Source: Blasia pusilla
Taxonomy: Eukaryota
NCBI GenBank assembly: GCA_050084515.1
Contig: CM114271.1
Span: forward strand, 620,001-684,000
Length of the DNA stretch: 64,000 nt
Reading direction: 5' to 3'
Below are positions 12,327 through 25,930 of the stretch, in pieces. Numbering within the stretch: position 1 is the stretch's first letter; each line of letters starts with the position of its first letter. The notes under the pieces were generated by a model. It worked only from the letters and a program-made list of their open reading frames with translations, did no database searches and was not told where the DNA came from. A program made the translations under genes and the position numbers.

Positions 12327-15300
12327 ACGTAGTGATTCTACGTCAACAAGCCTCTAAAGGTGAGGATTTGAGGAACTACCCTCAAAGAGAAACAACGTGA
12401 AGGAGAGAGCAAGCCCAATCCATTGTTCTTCATCCATGTGGAGTATTCAGATTAGACACTTAATTTTACCAAGTGCAAAGCCAATCCATTGTTAGTGGTG
12501 AGTATGGAATATTCAAATAGACCCTCAATTTTACCAAGAAGATTATTAAGAGAGGGATAAGCCATTTGTATTTCTATCATAGGTGGAGCAATTTGTCTTT
12601 GTTGGGCATCCATATTTAAAGGGACGGAAGTTTATTGTGATATATGTTCATTACCATAAAAAAAACCTCCTAGAGATGGATATAATGAGATCTAATATAG
12701 ATTTAGAGATAGTACATGACTTGGTATTCAATCTTTTGATCAAGTCGTGTCATGATTGAAAATTTTTATTTGTTGTGCAAAATATATGTACATACTATAA
12801 AAAGTGCAAGAACATCATGATTAATCATCTCACCCTCCCATATCCCTCTTTCCTCTTGTCTATGATTAATTTTCATAACTTCCTCCATTCATGTCATGAC
12901 CCTCATAACCAAACAAACACCAAATAGGCGCCAATCCGACCATCAAAACTCTAGTGGATTCACGCTACGATGATCGCGCTTTGGAGAGGCTTTTGGGAGG
13001 GTCTTTTGGAAAAGTCCAAGAGACGAAACGTGGAACAAAGTTGTGCGTTTCATGGGTTTTTTATGGCGACCAAGAAACCTAGACCAAACGTGAACCAAGA
13101 CTTGAGATGAGTTGAGTCTTGGAAGGTTGGTTGCCAAAGAGGTGAGAACCAATTTTGGAACACGACTAGCGTTGGGGATTTTGATTGTGTTTTGGACCAT
13201 AACGTTTAGTACCAAGATGAATTTGGAACAAGTAAGAACGTGTTGGAAAGCTTATCCCAAGATGCTTCCAACGCATCAAAGATCTGAGCAAATGCATAAG
13301 TACATGCTGAGATATTGGCTGAAAACGGTTGCAAGAGCAATCGGGTTGAGGGCCAATCTGAGGGGCCCAACTGTTTGTCCCTAAAGTTAGGAGGAGGGTG
13401 GAGATCCCCATAATTACTAGTAAGGGGGAGTCTCTCCAAGGAGTCTTGGAACACAGATCCCACTTTGAGCACCAAACGACATCTCAAGGGCATGGGATGG
13501 AACGAGAGTTTGGCGTTGGAACTCGAAACCCAAACCTGATCCAAGGGAATGGACTTCGTAACCCACACTTGGATTCCAACTTGCGATTAATTTTTGTGAC
13601 TTGCAGTTAGGGACTCATTGGATGTCCGTTGGAAAATTGGAACCGCCAGGCACGAAACGATGTTTGAGATTCCTAAACTGACCAAAAAGTCTGTCCCAAG
13701 TCTTCAAAGACTTGCGTGTGTTGTAAACCGCAAAACTAGGAAGGTTGAGCTTGATGAGAGGCTGAGTCGAGAACTCGGCAAGATAGAATCCTTGATTGAT
13801 CCAGACTCGACTAACGTGAGTGCGTGTTTGGATGCAGATCAGGGTTGAGAGCGTGTACTACTGAACGCACGCTTCCGCAACAACAAAGATTAATGTTCAA
13901 GGAGAATAGGCACACGACAATTCATATGTTTTTTTGACACAAAGTTTATATAGGATACTTCCTAAAGATTAATTTGGAGTTGTTGATTGTACTCCTAAAA
14001 GGTTTGAGATTCTTCCGTATCATAGACGTATTCGCTTTGTTTGAATTCCCCCTCCTTTGTGCGAAGTCTATTGAAGACAACTTTGTCATCAAGATTGTCC
14101 CAAATTTGGGCATCATACTTCTCCGCATGACTCTTTGCACCTCTTGTATCATCGCCATGGCCACCGACACCTTCCTTCAAACCCCAATATCAATTTTGCT
14201 TTCATTAGAAGAGAGAAAATAACTTCTTAGACATCCTTAGTACTCCAAGCAATATCATTCATACCAAAACGAGGTTCCACCAAACTCTTCTTGCCCTATG
14301 AAGCATCATCCATATTGGAATGAAATATTGTTGAAAGGACTTGAGAATCGCAAAAACATGTGTTTACAGCACCAGAGAAAGCATTGAATGAATGTTGCAA
14401 GTCCTAGTTATAGACATGCAGATATGTTGCGAGTCCTCTCATACACGTAGCATATATTCATAGACTAAATATAAATTTCTTCTTGATTTTCTCCTACTAT
14501 TATTCCATCCTCATTGGAAGGCCTGAGAAAATATATCAAAATATTAATAAGAATAAATAAAACTCAAATATGAATCAAATATAAAAATTTATATATGGAT
14601 ACCTTATCAAGGGAATAGTTACAATACTCTCAGGCTGAACTTGACCATGAAGCCCTTTCCTTCTTTTTCTATATTCTCGATAGTAATTCATCTTTTTTTC
14701 TTTGAGAGCTTCCATTCTATTAGCGCAAATAGCACGCTTTCATTTTTGGGCTTCGCCACGTAGAACCTTCCGAAAGTCACGTATATCGACAGGATTCAGT
14801 GGGATTGGAAGTGTGGAACAACATATGATTGTTAAAAGCTTACGAAATTAAATGAAAAGTCGAGATTTTGTAAGGTGGGAAATTGGACATGCTAAATGAG
14901 TATCAATGTAGTAAACTTACGTTGGAGATGTTCCGGGTCGGAGTTTATCTTCAATGCGTGTTTGTTGTGCTAAGATTTCCTTGCGAAGGACACGTCTTTT
15001 TTGTTGTGCGTTCGCACGCATCAAAATTTGAAAGTCACGCAAATCCGTAGGATTTGATGGAAGAGGAAGTCAGTGCAAAAATTGGGTTTATTGCATGAGA
15101 AAAATATATTCTGGAAAAAATGGTATATAAGGCATCATCGTTGAAATTGAAATAAGGTGTTTACTTTCCTACCCTAAACAAAGGTGCTTACATCAGGGAG
15201 GTGTTCTTCAATAATTCAATATGTCTTCCCGAACTTTGTTGCGAAATTGGCACATTTGTAATAACACCGAGTGGCCGTCTCTCCATGTTTAGTGATGATC

Positions 15301-18300
15301 CGCCCACACTCACCATCTACATGACACACCGCAAAAGTATTAATTAAACTTGAGAATTGAAATAAAGTGACGAAAAGAATAAAAAGAAAAGCAAAGAGAA
15401 GAGAAGAAAAGAAAACATGAGAGAAGAGAAGGGAAATTAATAGGGGCAATTTTTCATTTCCAATTTTATTTTCTGTAAAAATTATGATTTGAATGGAAAA
15501 AATAGAGAGAAAATGAAATTTCTAAAAGAGAAAGAGGGAAAGAAAAGAATTTAGGGAAGAAGAGCAAAGGGGAAGTTTTTAATTATTTATTTTTATTTTC
15601 TATAAATGGAAAAATAGGGATGAATTTTAAGTGGGAAGAGGGAAAAATAATAATAAAAAGGTATGTGGGAACAAATCAAAAAAATTTGATGGGAAGAGGG
15701 GGAATAAATTGGGAAAAGGTAAAAAAGGGAGAAAATGATATTTTTAAAAACATTGGTAATGAAATTAATAAAACAGTCAGGTTCGATAGCCTGAACATGG
15801 CCTTAATCTAGCCCTCCCAACCCTAGGCCCGAATGTAGCCCCCGCACCCTGATGGCGCCGCCTCTGAATCGAAGGGTCAGTTTTGAACCACTCTCCCATC
15901 TGACGTCCAGGCAAAGAAGGCCGTTAGATAGTTAATCTGACGGCTCAGGGTCTGAGCCGCGAGATTGCTCCCCCCTCCCCCCTCCTCCTTCAACTCAGGG
16001 GTGTTTTTGATAGTCGAGCTCTTACGACATAGTAGATCGGATCTCGGGGGTTTTTTGACAGTTGCGCTTCGGATCCCTAGCAGTTCGGCTACTAAGTCGC
16101 TTTTGAAAGTCGAATTGTTGTTTGATAGTATAGACTTTTGGCATAGCAGATCGGGTCTCGGGTTTTTTTTTGACAATCGGGCTTCGGATCCCTAGTAGTT
16201 TGGCTACTGAGTCGCTTTTGACAGCCGGGCTCGTGTTTGATAGTAAGACTTTCGGCTTAGTAGCTCAGCTCTCAGGAATTTTTGATTTTCGAGCTCATTT
16301 TGGAAGCACTTAGGGTCTCTAGCAGCCATTTTTTCTCGATCTAGTTGTTGGTTTCTCTGGAAATCTACCTGTGCTATTTTGCATGCACATCGGGGACAAG
16401 GAGGGGCAGAATGTGTGTAGTTAGTACTTGAGTTGAGGACAAACAAATGAGAGTGTCCGATAGAGTTGAGAGTACTCAAGCTGAGTACTGAGAGAGGGGC
16501 ATGTAGATACATTCACACATTTTCTCAAAACTCTCCAAGTCGCTTTCATTTCAAAGTAAGCTTTACATGACTGTCCGAGCTACTCTACTCGTGATCGGCA
16601 AACTCACCTTCTCCCAGATCCCAAAATCAGATATGGATCTGAATATTCACTACAACTTCTTTCCCCTTTTTCCCTTTCTTTGGTGATTTCTAGGGGCACT
16701 CTGGATCTTTCCTACCTATGGTAGGCACAGCAGGAGTTACGGGGACCTTCGCTCTGATGGTGAGCTTTGCTGATCCCGATTTGGATGCGGGTCTTCAGTC
16801 GCTTCTTAGCAGAGGCACCCTCCTCAATTTGTCCCCTTTCTATGCTGGGCCTCCTTATGCAATAGGGAGGAGTCCCTTCCTCCTCTTCAACGTCTATTCC
16901 CTCTTCTTCAAGTGGCTTCGGATTGTACCCCTTGTCTGATTCCGTAGGGTGGCCTCCTACGGGCATGGAGTCTTTTATAGCATACTCGAAGACCGGAGCA
17001 TGCACGGGGGTGAGTGGCTCTCCCCAAGCAGGACCATTACGGTGCATCTTCTTCCATTTGCTCAAGCGCATAGAGTCCTCCAGAGATATTGGAGACCATT
17101 TTGTACTCTCCAATGGTTGGAGATCCGGTGACTTAACACCATAATGTTTTTTCGAGCTCGTAACCTTGGACACACTCTTTCCCTCCACATGCATCAACTT
17201 TTTTGCTATGATTCTTGTTGCCATCTTTAGGTAGTTTTGGTTCTACACCTTTGCTATTTCGGATGTTGCAGATGTCGGAAGACACTCGGGACGTGAGGAG
17301 CTTTGGAGGTGCTGGAGCGAACGTCGAATGTGGAGGAGCTCTCAAAGGGCCGTTGAAGTTGGTGCAGATCTCGAGGAGGGTTGGGGACGTCAAGGACTTA
17401 GGAGATGTTGGAGCTCATCTTGAGATCGCATTCAAGGGCCCCTTAATCAGGGCACACTGAGCCTGAATGAGACGCCTCTATTCGGGAGTACTTGTCAAAT
17501 AGAATGTTTGGATGCCCAGCTTCTGGTTAGTTGCTATGTTCATTTGCAGCTACAGAGAGCTCATTATTTTAGTACATAAAGCTCAAAGCATTTTAGACTT
17601 GAGTATAGCAGAGACATGTTTTACTCTATCCAGCAATAAATGAAGTTCAACATGTATGAATGACTCGATAGAGCTCGGTGAATGAATGAGCTCACCTCAC
17701 CTCAGTAGCCATTGTGAGCATAATGGGGAGTGTGTAATTTGTAAGAGATAATAAATAAGGTGCAAGTCGAGAAGCATTGTAAGTTTGAATTCGCAACCCT
17801 GGCACTTGCAACTTCTCGAGAAATGAGAAGCCAATCTCATCGGACGACGTTGGTCGGAAGGATCAAAACTGTCAAGGACAAAAGGATATAAATTTAAAAC
17901 GAAAAAAAACTTGTGAGAGAGGTTTTTGCAACTAAAAAGGAAACCCTAAGTCTGTTGCTCGTGCTAGGTTGGCATCAGAATTGCAAAAATCCTAGGTTAA
18001 AAAAAAACCGTTACAGGAGGCTAGGGCGGCTATGAACAAAACCCTAAAACAACTTGCTCTTGCCATACCTAAACGCAAAATACCCCGGTTCGCTTGAAGT
18101 GCCACGTGGTGCCAGGAGAGGTGTTTGCGTTACGAGAAGGGACTCTCCCATCATAGTATAGATTACTTCCGAGTCAACAAAAAAAATTACGAAGGGATAT
18201 CCTAAGCCTTTTGCAACTATGAAAACACAAAATGAGGACTGATCTAAGTTTGTTTTTATTTGGAATTGATATGCTTAAAGTATAAGCATATTAATTCCAA

Positions 18301-18947
18301 AGACCATGGATAATGTGTTGTCTTTATATGAATATGTTCTATGTTTGTTGTGATTTCTTAGGATGGACGATGAAAAACATATAGTAAAACGCAACAATTC
18401 TTTGGATAATTGATAGGTTGTGCCATACAATCACAGATTATGAGTACTATTTGATTTTCATATCAATTTGGAGATTCCAAATATTGTCTCTTGTGTCAAG
18501 TACTTGTATAATTATGTATAGAAAGGAGCATCTGTGATCTCATTTGGTATATCTAATATCACCAATATAGAAAGGGCTTATATTGTATTGATGAGAGGAC
18601 GTAGTATTGGGACCCAATATATCGTAATTTGAACTTATTTACATTCTAGATTTTTTTAAATTTTTGGTTCCCAATTTCCTACTAGACAAAACTAACCTTT
18701 TTCCCTCTCCTTATAGATATATATATTTTCCTCCGAAGCATGTTGGAGACAATTCAAGATCAGTTTGTATAAAGAGATGCAAAGTATTGTGAGATTGGCT
18801 ATGCATCTTCCCAATGCACAAATGGTGTATTATAATTATGGTGACATTCTTGAAGAGATACTAAGAAGGAATGAAAAGACAACGCTTACTAAATGGCTTG
18901 CGACTAATATTTTGGATCCTTTGGTGAGAGGATTTCTATATATAGAC

Positions 18948-19272
18948 CAAGGTCGTATGGAAATGGACAAGTCCAATCATGTCCACAGACATGCTGTTCG
19001 GGTACTCGTAGCCCGCCCTTTAGTCGGCCAAGCCCGTAGTGTAGACCCGAGTTGGCCAAGCTCACATCGATTTTTGTGGCTAATGCGTAGTTTGCACTAG
19101 GACGCGGCTAGGCCCGTAGTGCGGGTTGGGTAGCTCAGACCTGTATAAGGGCGGGCTTATGTGCGGGTTGCGAGTACTTAGGCCCGCGTGGATATGTCCG
19201 TCTTAGGGAAGGACATAAGTCTACGAACAAGGACATGTCCACAGCCACAGACTTTTTTTGTGTACAACTGTG
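18948..19272. mobile_element. hAT-type MITE (CAAGGTTGCA-like TIR family)
   Basis: Degenerate TIRs and a perfect 8-bp TSD ATATAGAC (18940-18947 / 19273-19280). Confidence 0.85.
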
Positions 19273-20194
19273 ATATAGACTTTCCTTCATTTTATTGTTG
19301 GTGGAATAAAAATGGCAATTTTTTAAACGTGGTCATAATGGTTGTGGACTACCTCTTGGTTGCTAATACCTCATATGCCCAAGTAAGAATTATGGAATTG
19401 CTGCATCTATGTATGGTGTTACGTTTAGCAACATCAAATTCTTTCCTCATATTTCTTTTATTACCATATTCAAGTAATTGGTTATATCTTTACTTTGTGT
19501 ATAAGGGAAGTAGAGTATCATTGGAAAATATTTCTTTTACACCATATTTGAGGTGAAACCTTATATGAAGATATAAGGATAATTAATGGAGTGATGAATT
19601 ACAGCTTAAAGGAAGTTGTTGTTCAATAAGGTCTTTTGGAGGATGATCAGGAACGAGGTTGCATGTGGAAAAAAATCACTGTGTGCAAGCATGTCCTTGG
19701 ACTTATGGAAGGACTTGTCAATATGGGGCCCACCTCCACCTCCCCCTTATTTCTCATCCTTCCCATTCGCCTTTGTAATCCCCACTTTCAGGTTTCTCCC
19801 ACCTCCACTCCCTCCCTCTTTATTGCCTTGCCTTGCCTTGCCTTGCGTTCCCATACTCTGCCTTCCATCATGAGCTGTACGTATGGGTCCTACCTCTTGC
19901 AATCCATGTCTATGGACATATCCTTCCTAAGGACAGTGTCGTGCGCATACACATCGCTACACAACATACATCGCTGTCTCTGAACACACACATAAATACA
20001 CACGATCCCATGCTAACTCATGGCATCCAAACAACGAGACAAGAAATACAAAAATATCTCCAATCTCGATGATAGCCACAACATTGAGCGTGGTTTGGGG
20101 TACTGCACATGGAGATGAGGGTCCTATTGTCCGAGACGAGGTTGCACCATAGCAACCACCGACATCCGCGCCGGATAGTCCTATTGTAGTCACA

Positions 20195-20772
20195 ATGGAG
20201 ACTTGGCAGCCAGATATGGGCCCTAAGTTGACAGGAGGAGAGCGGCGTCGGATACACCACTTCCTTAGGAGTTATAGGAGTTGTTTTGCATTTAGTATGC
20301 ATGATTTTGGTATGTTGAAGGGTCGAGGGATCCGCATTGAGTTATCGAGTGACACGTTGATCTTCCGACGATCCTACAGGTACAGTGACATGGAGAGGGC
20401 TCTAATTTAGAGTAGGATCCAAGACTTGGTTGGAGTAGGACTAGTGGAGATGTGGCATGGAGAGTATGCGTCTGCCATTGTCATGCCGCCAAGAAGGATG
20501 TGCATGGCAATTGGACGAATAGGCGAATGTGTGGAGATTACCAACCTATCAATCGGTAGACGAAGTCCAATAGGTATGCCATGCCCACCCCTGAGGAGAT
20601 CTTTGATGCGATTGGGCATGCAAAGGTCTTCAGTTCATTGGATTTGCGAGCGGGATACCATCAGCTGCCTATCAGATTGGAGGACAGGTAGAACACGACA
20701 TTTTGGGGCATCGATCCTCACGGGAAGGATTTTTTGTACCAATGGCGGTTCTTACCATTCGGGTTAAAGAAC
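20195..20772 (+). pseudogene. Ty3/gypsy reverse transcriptase, N-terminal fragment, inverted relative to the element
   Basis: IFRRSYRYS...LVE...YASAIVMP.KKD...RRMCGDYQPIN...YAMPTPEEIFDAIGHAKVFSSLDLRAGYHQLPI...FLPFGLKN; truncated before YxDD; stops and a frameshift. Confidence 0.92.
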
Positions 20773-21721
20773 CTCGCTCATCGGCGTTGGGCTCCACCAA
20801 CCTTTGTACCTGGTCATTCCAAACCAAGCCAGGTCCGGCCTCCTTGAATGCATAGGAAGCGAGAAAACTCACCAATATGGAAAAGCCCGCTCATGGCATG
20901 CCAATCCTGTTGACCACACTCAACGGCGGTTGATCATCGCGCCTCACTGCTTGTGATCGACGGCCCAGATCCAATATAGAATCCACCAACAAATCGGATG
21001 GACACTCCACTCTTGCATAAGCCCTGCGCAATATCTCATGTGGTATCAAGTTGATCCACCAAAGATACGGATAGTGCACTCTAGAATCTACACTCGCCGC
21101 ATCTAACAACACTGCCGGGCCAATCCATGCGCGCACCTGATGTGCACTCGTCACCACGCGGGACCTCGAATCGCCCAAAGTTGGCACATTCTCCAAAATG
21201 TGTGCCGGAGAACAAGGCTGATGCTCTTGTAAATGTCGCAAGATCTGCCTCATCTTCCAAAATAACCTGGACCGAGTGTCAGCTAACCCGCTACCTCGTC
21301 CAACACTCGATTGGCCTTGACACGGCCAACCAACAATGACCAAGTCTATGGTCCCTACCCTCTCCAAGTCCTGCGCCCCCAACAATAAAATGTCCCTCGG
21401 TAGGGAACTCTGGTAACCTTGAATGACGGGCGCAGACAACAAGTCGGGAAAACGGAGGCGTAACAGCGCCACATGGTGAAGTGAAGCGTGGCTCGCAATA
21501 TCATCAATCTCCACATATAGGTAATGTTGCACGCACACTCTAGCGTGCAAAACAACAGCGAACCCAGTGCTGATCCCTCCAAAGAGATCCAACACCTGAA
21601 TACCCTCCTCTGGGATGCACCACACAATCGGGGTGGTGTCCAAAGGGGTCATAGCAACACTCCTACCTACCTGGAGCTCCTCTGACCCATCACACTCTCT
21701 AGTGCAAGTGTCTCGCTCCAT
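20773..21721 (-). pseudogene. Retrotransposon-encoded DNMT3-like C5 cytosine methyltransferase domain
   Basis: ORF 20891-21721 has motif I VLDLFGGISTG, motif II YLYVEID, motif IV DLVIVGWPCQGQS, motif VI HILENV and a degenerate motif VIII LDAASVDSRVHYPYLWWINL. It continues after a frameshift (LVSFLASYAFKEAGPGLVW...EPNADER) to a breakpoint at 20773; the C-terminal motif X is missing. Confidence 0.92.
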
Positions 21722-21750
21722 GCGGTTTGCACATGGTCAATGGCTAAGCG

Positions 21751-22400
21751 TCAAAGCTCCTCAGTCGAGCCCCAAAGCGGCACCTCTCCTCCACGAACTA
21801 ATGCGGCTACCATGACACTCCTCTCCATAAAAATGTCAGGAATGGGAGTATTCTCTGCATGGACATTTCCCTCAATCAAATCACTAGGCCAAGTGATGAC
21901 ACTACTAAATGCTGCTAAGGTCGCCATCTCTCCTGGCCCTCGCTTGATCACTGCACTTGTGAATCGAATGGGTAATGAGCTAAGGTGCCCATCACCTGAC
22001 TGCCATCCTGGTCTGTTGGACGCTGACTCCTCCCAATAATCCAGGGAAAACACCATGGAGTTTAACACTGCTCCACCAACCAAGACGTCGTAGGACTCTA
22101 CTTCAGTCACCATGCCTTGGCTCGTACCACGGACTTATTTGGAGGATGTCCCTAGCGAATTCTCACCAAGACCTCCTGTCGGGTGATATACTGTATGGTA
22201 CTCGCTCCATCCAAGGAAGTTTGTATCCAGAATGGACAATGCTCCACATCGGCTCTTGTCAAGCCCAATCCTCTGAATGACGCTTTCCCAAACATTAGGG
22301 GTTGCGCTTCTGAATCCAACAAGACGCGCTACGGACTAAAAGCTCTACCTCCGGGACTCACCAACTAGAAGACCTCTCCTTAGTTATCCAGCAACACAAC
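21751..22400 (-). pseudogene. Retropepsin-type aspartic protease region
   Basis: RVLLDSEAQPLMLG at ~22300-22330 (DSG changed to DSE), CPFWIQTSLDG, and YDVLVGGAVL in ORF 21751-22113. Confidence 0.75.
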
Positions 22401-24411
22401 ACGAGTAGAATCCATGGCACGTTCTATTGCAGGTCTAGCGGGCATCTCTGCCATCCTAGCAGCTGTAGCCTGCCATAAATCTGACGTGGACAGCCCGAGC
22501 ATCTGCTCCAAGGGCAGGTCCATCACCTCCTTTGCAATCACCTCTAAACGTGATGCAATAACTCCAACTCCACGCTCACATAGCGTAGCCGCCAGCCGAA
22601 AAACCTCGGCGGGCGTACCTCCCAACGTCATAACATCGGAAGCAAAAAATAAAGGAGCGCGGTACACAACGGTGGCCGCCCCCAACAATGTGCTTGACAC
22701 TTGCCTCTCTTGAGCATCAGCAATAGGAGTCGTCGCACTCGCTTCTCTCATCGCCCTCTGTGCCTGCACACCAACAACATCACCAACTCTCCAAGAACTC
22801 TTATCGGGACCCATCGATGGGGTCCTCATCGCCTCGGGAAACGTGAAAGACTGAGGAAGCCTAGTATGTTTCCTGGCTTCCCCTCGTTGTGGATCCAACT
22901 CTGTGGCTGCTCCACGCGTCATAAGTGTGGCGGCCTCCATCTGGGCAACCTCGCACATCCAACCAGGATCCTCCATATCTCTTGCTGCTCCATATGATGT
23001 TGATGCCATGGATCCGGCATCGGGTAATCTCAATGCCATAGTGGCAATCTGCTCCTGTAGCTGATGTATTTGAGCAGCCATCCTAGCCTCACGCTTGGCG
23101 TCTCCCTCAACGTGTCTAGGTGGTGGGACTCTACCTCCTCCACGGGCAGCTCCACCATCCTGTGGGGCAACTCCATCTCCTCTTCCTCCAACGGGACCAC
23201 CTGATGCACGATCTCTAGCCCACCCGGACCGGCTACTCGCTCTGGTGCCCTCTCTGGCCCTTGGTCCGGACGTAACTCAGGATGTAAACTGAAACACCTG
23301 GTGCGTGTATGACCATACCTTTGACAATAGTCATACTGATAACCTCGTGGTGCAGCACAATCTCCTCCTCCGTGCTGAGCACACGTCCATGACCCTGACG
23401 AGTGCAATCACGTTGATGATGAGCTCCATCACATGACCAACAAGTAATTGTAGGCGGCTGCTACTGAGCCGCATATGAGGGCGTAGGTCTCTGTGGCACA
23501 GCCTCCCGATATCCTCCTTGAGCTCGTAGTGCCATAGTCGACCTATCTCGGAGTCCACGTTGCTGCAGAGGTGGTGCAGACAATCGTGACTGCTCTCGCC
23601 CAGAACCCATGGTGGCTACGCTGTCCTCCGCCATGTTGCGCTCAATGTTCTCGATGGTCCTAAAAACATCTCTCAACGTAGGGGAGGTGTTCATAAGAAG
23701 CAGCCCTCCCGCACTAGTGTCCGCAGGATCCGATCGAGCATCGTGTACCATGATTGGATAGCGTGAGCCTCTGTCACCCCCTGAGTGATGTTGATCAACC
23801 GGCGCAAGCGAATGTAAGCCTCACGCAAACTCTCCCCCGAGCGCCTCTGGAAGTCGTGGATGCTCCACAACTTCTCCGTCCGTACCCCTAGTAGCTCGCC
23901 CTCAACTCAACGAAGAACTCAACCACGGGGTTGAACTTGGGACGAACCCGACTAGATGGTGCAACTACTCCAGTGCGGGTGACCCCTCCTAAACATCACT
24001 AGTGGAAGAGGAAGTAGGCTCTCTTGACTCCTCCTCCTCATCTCGGAACGGCTCCTTCCATGACACATAGTATGGGTCATAGTAGAGTCGCCATGCCTCA
24101 ATCTCCTTGGCATATCTGTGGGAGAACTCATGGTAATCGTCCTTGGGCGCCCCCTCTAAATGCTGGAACATACTGTTCCATGCTGTAAACGGATTCAACT
24201 CTCTAGAGTTCCTAGCCCGCTGTGAGTCACACCAACTCCTAAACTCCGCAATGAAGTCGTGTAGTTGTATAGTGCCTACAACACCCGAAAACCTACGCGG
24301 TCCTCTACCTCGGTCATCCATCTCGTACGCCCAAGTGGTAGGACCACTCAATATGTACGGTGGATTGCTAACACACTCCTCTATATGCTCCCCCTCATCT
24401 GAAGACGACAT
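22400..24411 (-). pseudogene. Gag-like region with CCHC zinc knuckle
   Basis: Fragmented ORFs: RRFSGVVGTIQLHDFIAEFRSWCD, IHDFQRRSGESLREAYIRLRRL (~23800-23860), knuckle YDYCQRYGHTRTRCFSLHPEL (~23270-23335). Confidence 0.8.
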
Positions 24412-24666
24412 AGAAGGAGATCGAGATGGTCTCTCACGTGGAGACCCTCAAAACCACGCACCATTCCGGGTAAACCCTCCAAAGCTACTCTAAGCTCCAC
24501 TACCTCGCCTCCCAAAATCTCGAAAGGACGTCGTGATGGACCTCATGCCCCTCTCACATGATCACTCTCAATCTCGCGAGTAATCCCTCAATCACTCAAA
24601 CTAAACATGCGGCACTCAATTTACACTCTCTCATTGAGACGTGTGTTGTACGGCAACAAACAACGT

Positions 24667-25930
24667 TGTCGTATAATAAAATCAGCCAGTGTGTAAACTC
24701 CTTCCACATTAAGTGTTAGATAGAGTTGTATTAATATTAAATAAATTAGCTTAGGAAAAAGAAATTCCCATGTTTAAACCTCTTTATGGTGCCTCTTTTA
24801 TGCGGGCCCAACTTTAGGAAAAGAGATGATTTTATAAAAGTAAAGTAGTGAGGTTGGTGCTTTAATGAAAAGCAAAAGTAGTCTTGGTTGATGGCTAGGT
24901 TAGTTGGGGTAATTTGGAAAATATCAAGTGGGTAAAAGAGGATATTTTGGAAGAGATAAGAAGAAATCTACTTGTGTCAAAATATGATTGGCTAAGCCTT
25001 GAGAGAAAGCCATGTGGTAGAAGATAAGATTAGCTCTATTTCGTACTCTTGTGGATCCCTTGTGAGTATATAAAGAGGAGGGACCTTCAAGGGTTCATCA
25101 TCTTCTATTTTACATCTTGAGTCTCTCGTGTCACTCTTGAGTGTATGACTTTGGGATTGCTTGCTTTTCCAATGAGAGTGGATCATCCCTCTTGGGAGAA
25201 TAACTTGACCATGATCTATTCTTCGAGAGGTTTCTAGAGTGTGGTGTGTGTGTGGAGATGAGAGGCTTGTCACCTTAGAGGAGTTTAGTTATACTAAAAT
25301 AGTGAATATTTTGGCTTGTTATTTTCCCAATGAGAGTGGATTATTCCTCTTGGAAGAATAATTCCGCCAAAGTCCATTCTTGAAGAGAGTAGATAATGTT
25401 TGTCAAGCATGGATAGGGGTGGAGCAAGAGTTGTGCTCGACTTTCCTTTCCTCAATCCATACCATGTAAAGGTACTCTTTGTAGATAGGCACTGGTTTAC
25501 TCGCTATTTAGTTTATGACTTTGGGGAGACACTCATGAACCAGGTCATGCAATCTCCAACTCCGGTGATTCTTCCTATCGTCATATACGGAAGAACATGG
25601 GATTATACTTTATATGTCCTTATATAGCAATCCATGGAAGTCAATAGGCCTACTCAAGTAGGGTTTAACATTAGTTGAACTATCTTCCTCGTATACAAGT
25701 GTAAAGTAGTTTATAAGGATTTTATAGTTAGGAATTTCGGGGTCTGATGTTACGAAGAAGTGATCGCCTCGGCACTTCCATTTGTGATACCTGTCGTGAG
25801 AGAATGGAGAGTATACTTTATAATTTTGTATTGAAAAAGGAGAACTTCTTAGAGAGATCACCTTGCATCGACCACGTGTGCCACAACTAGTAAGGTTGTC
25901 CTTACTCGAAGAAAGGCTCTTGACATGACA
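24667..25930. mobile_element. 1264-bp TGTCGT...ATGACA repeat, copy 2, nested in the DNMT element leader
   Basis: Flanked by ACGT on both sides (24663-24666 / 25931-25934); near-identical to 11063-12326. Confidence 0.88.

Noticed and set aside
12900-18165. ORFs such as 16712-17224 and 13206-13568 as genes
   Set aside because: No recognisable domain or splice structure; the region looks like decayed transposon sequence next to a Helitron 5' end at ~18162 and contains ~120-bp internal repeats at ~16000-16270.
20891-21721. Host DNMT3/DRM gene or bacterial restriction-modification methylase contamination
   Set aside because: It is intronless, contiguous with gag and protease inside TSD-bounded termini, repeated in a second copy, and has no bacterial gene context.
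11063-25930. One 14.9-kb LTR retrotransposon bounded by the 1264-bp repeats
   Set aside because: The outer flanks do not match (ACAC/ACGT), copy 2 has its own matching flanks, and it lies inside an element that extends to 28034.
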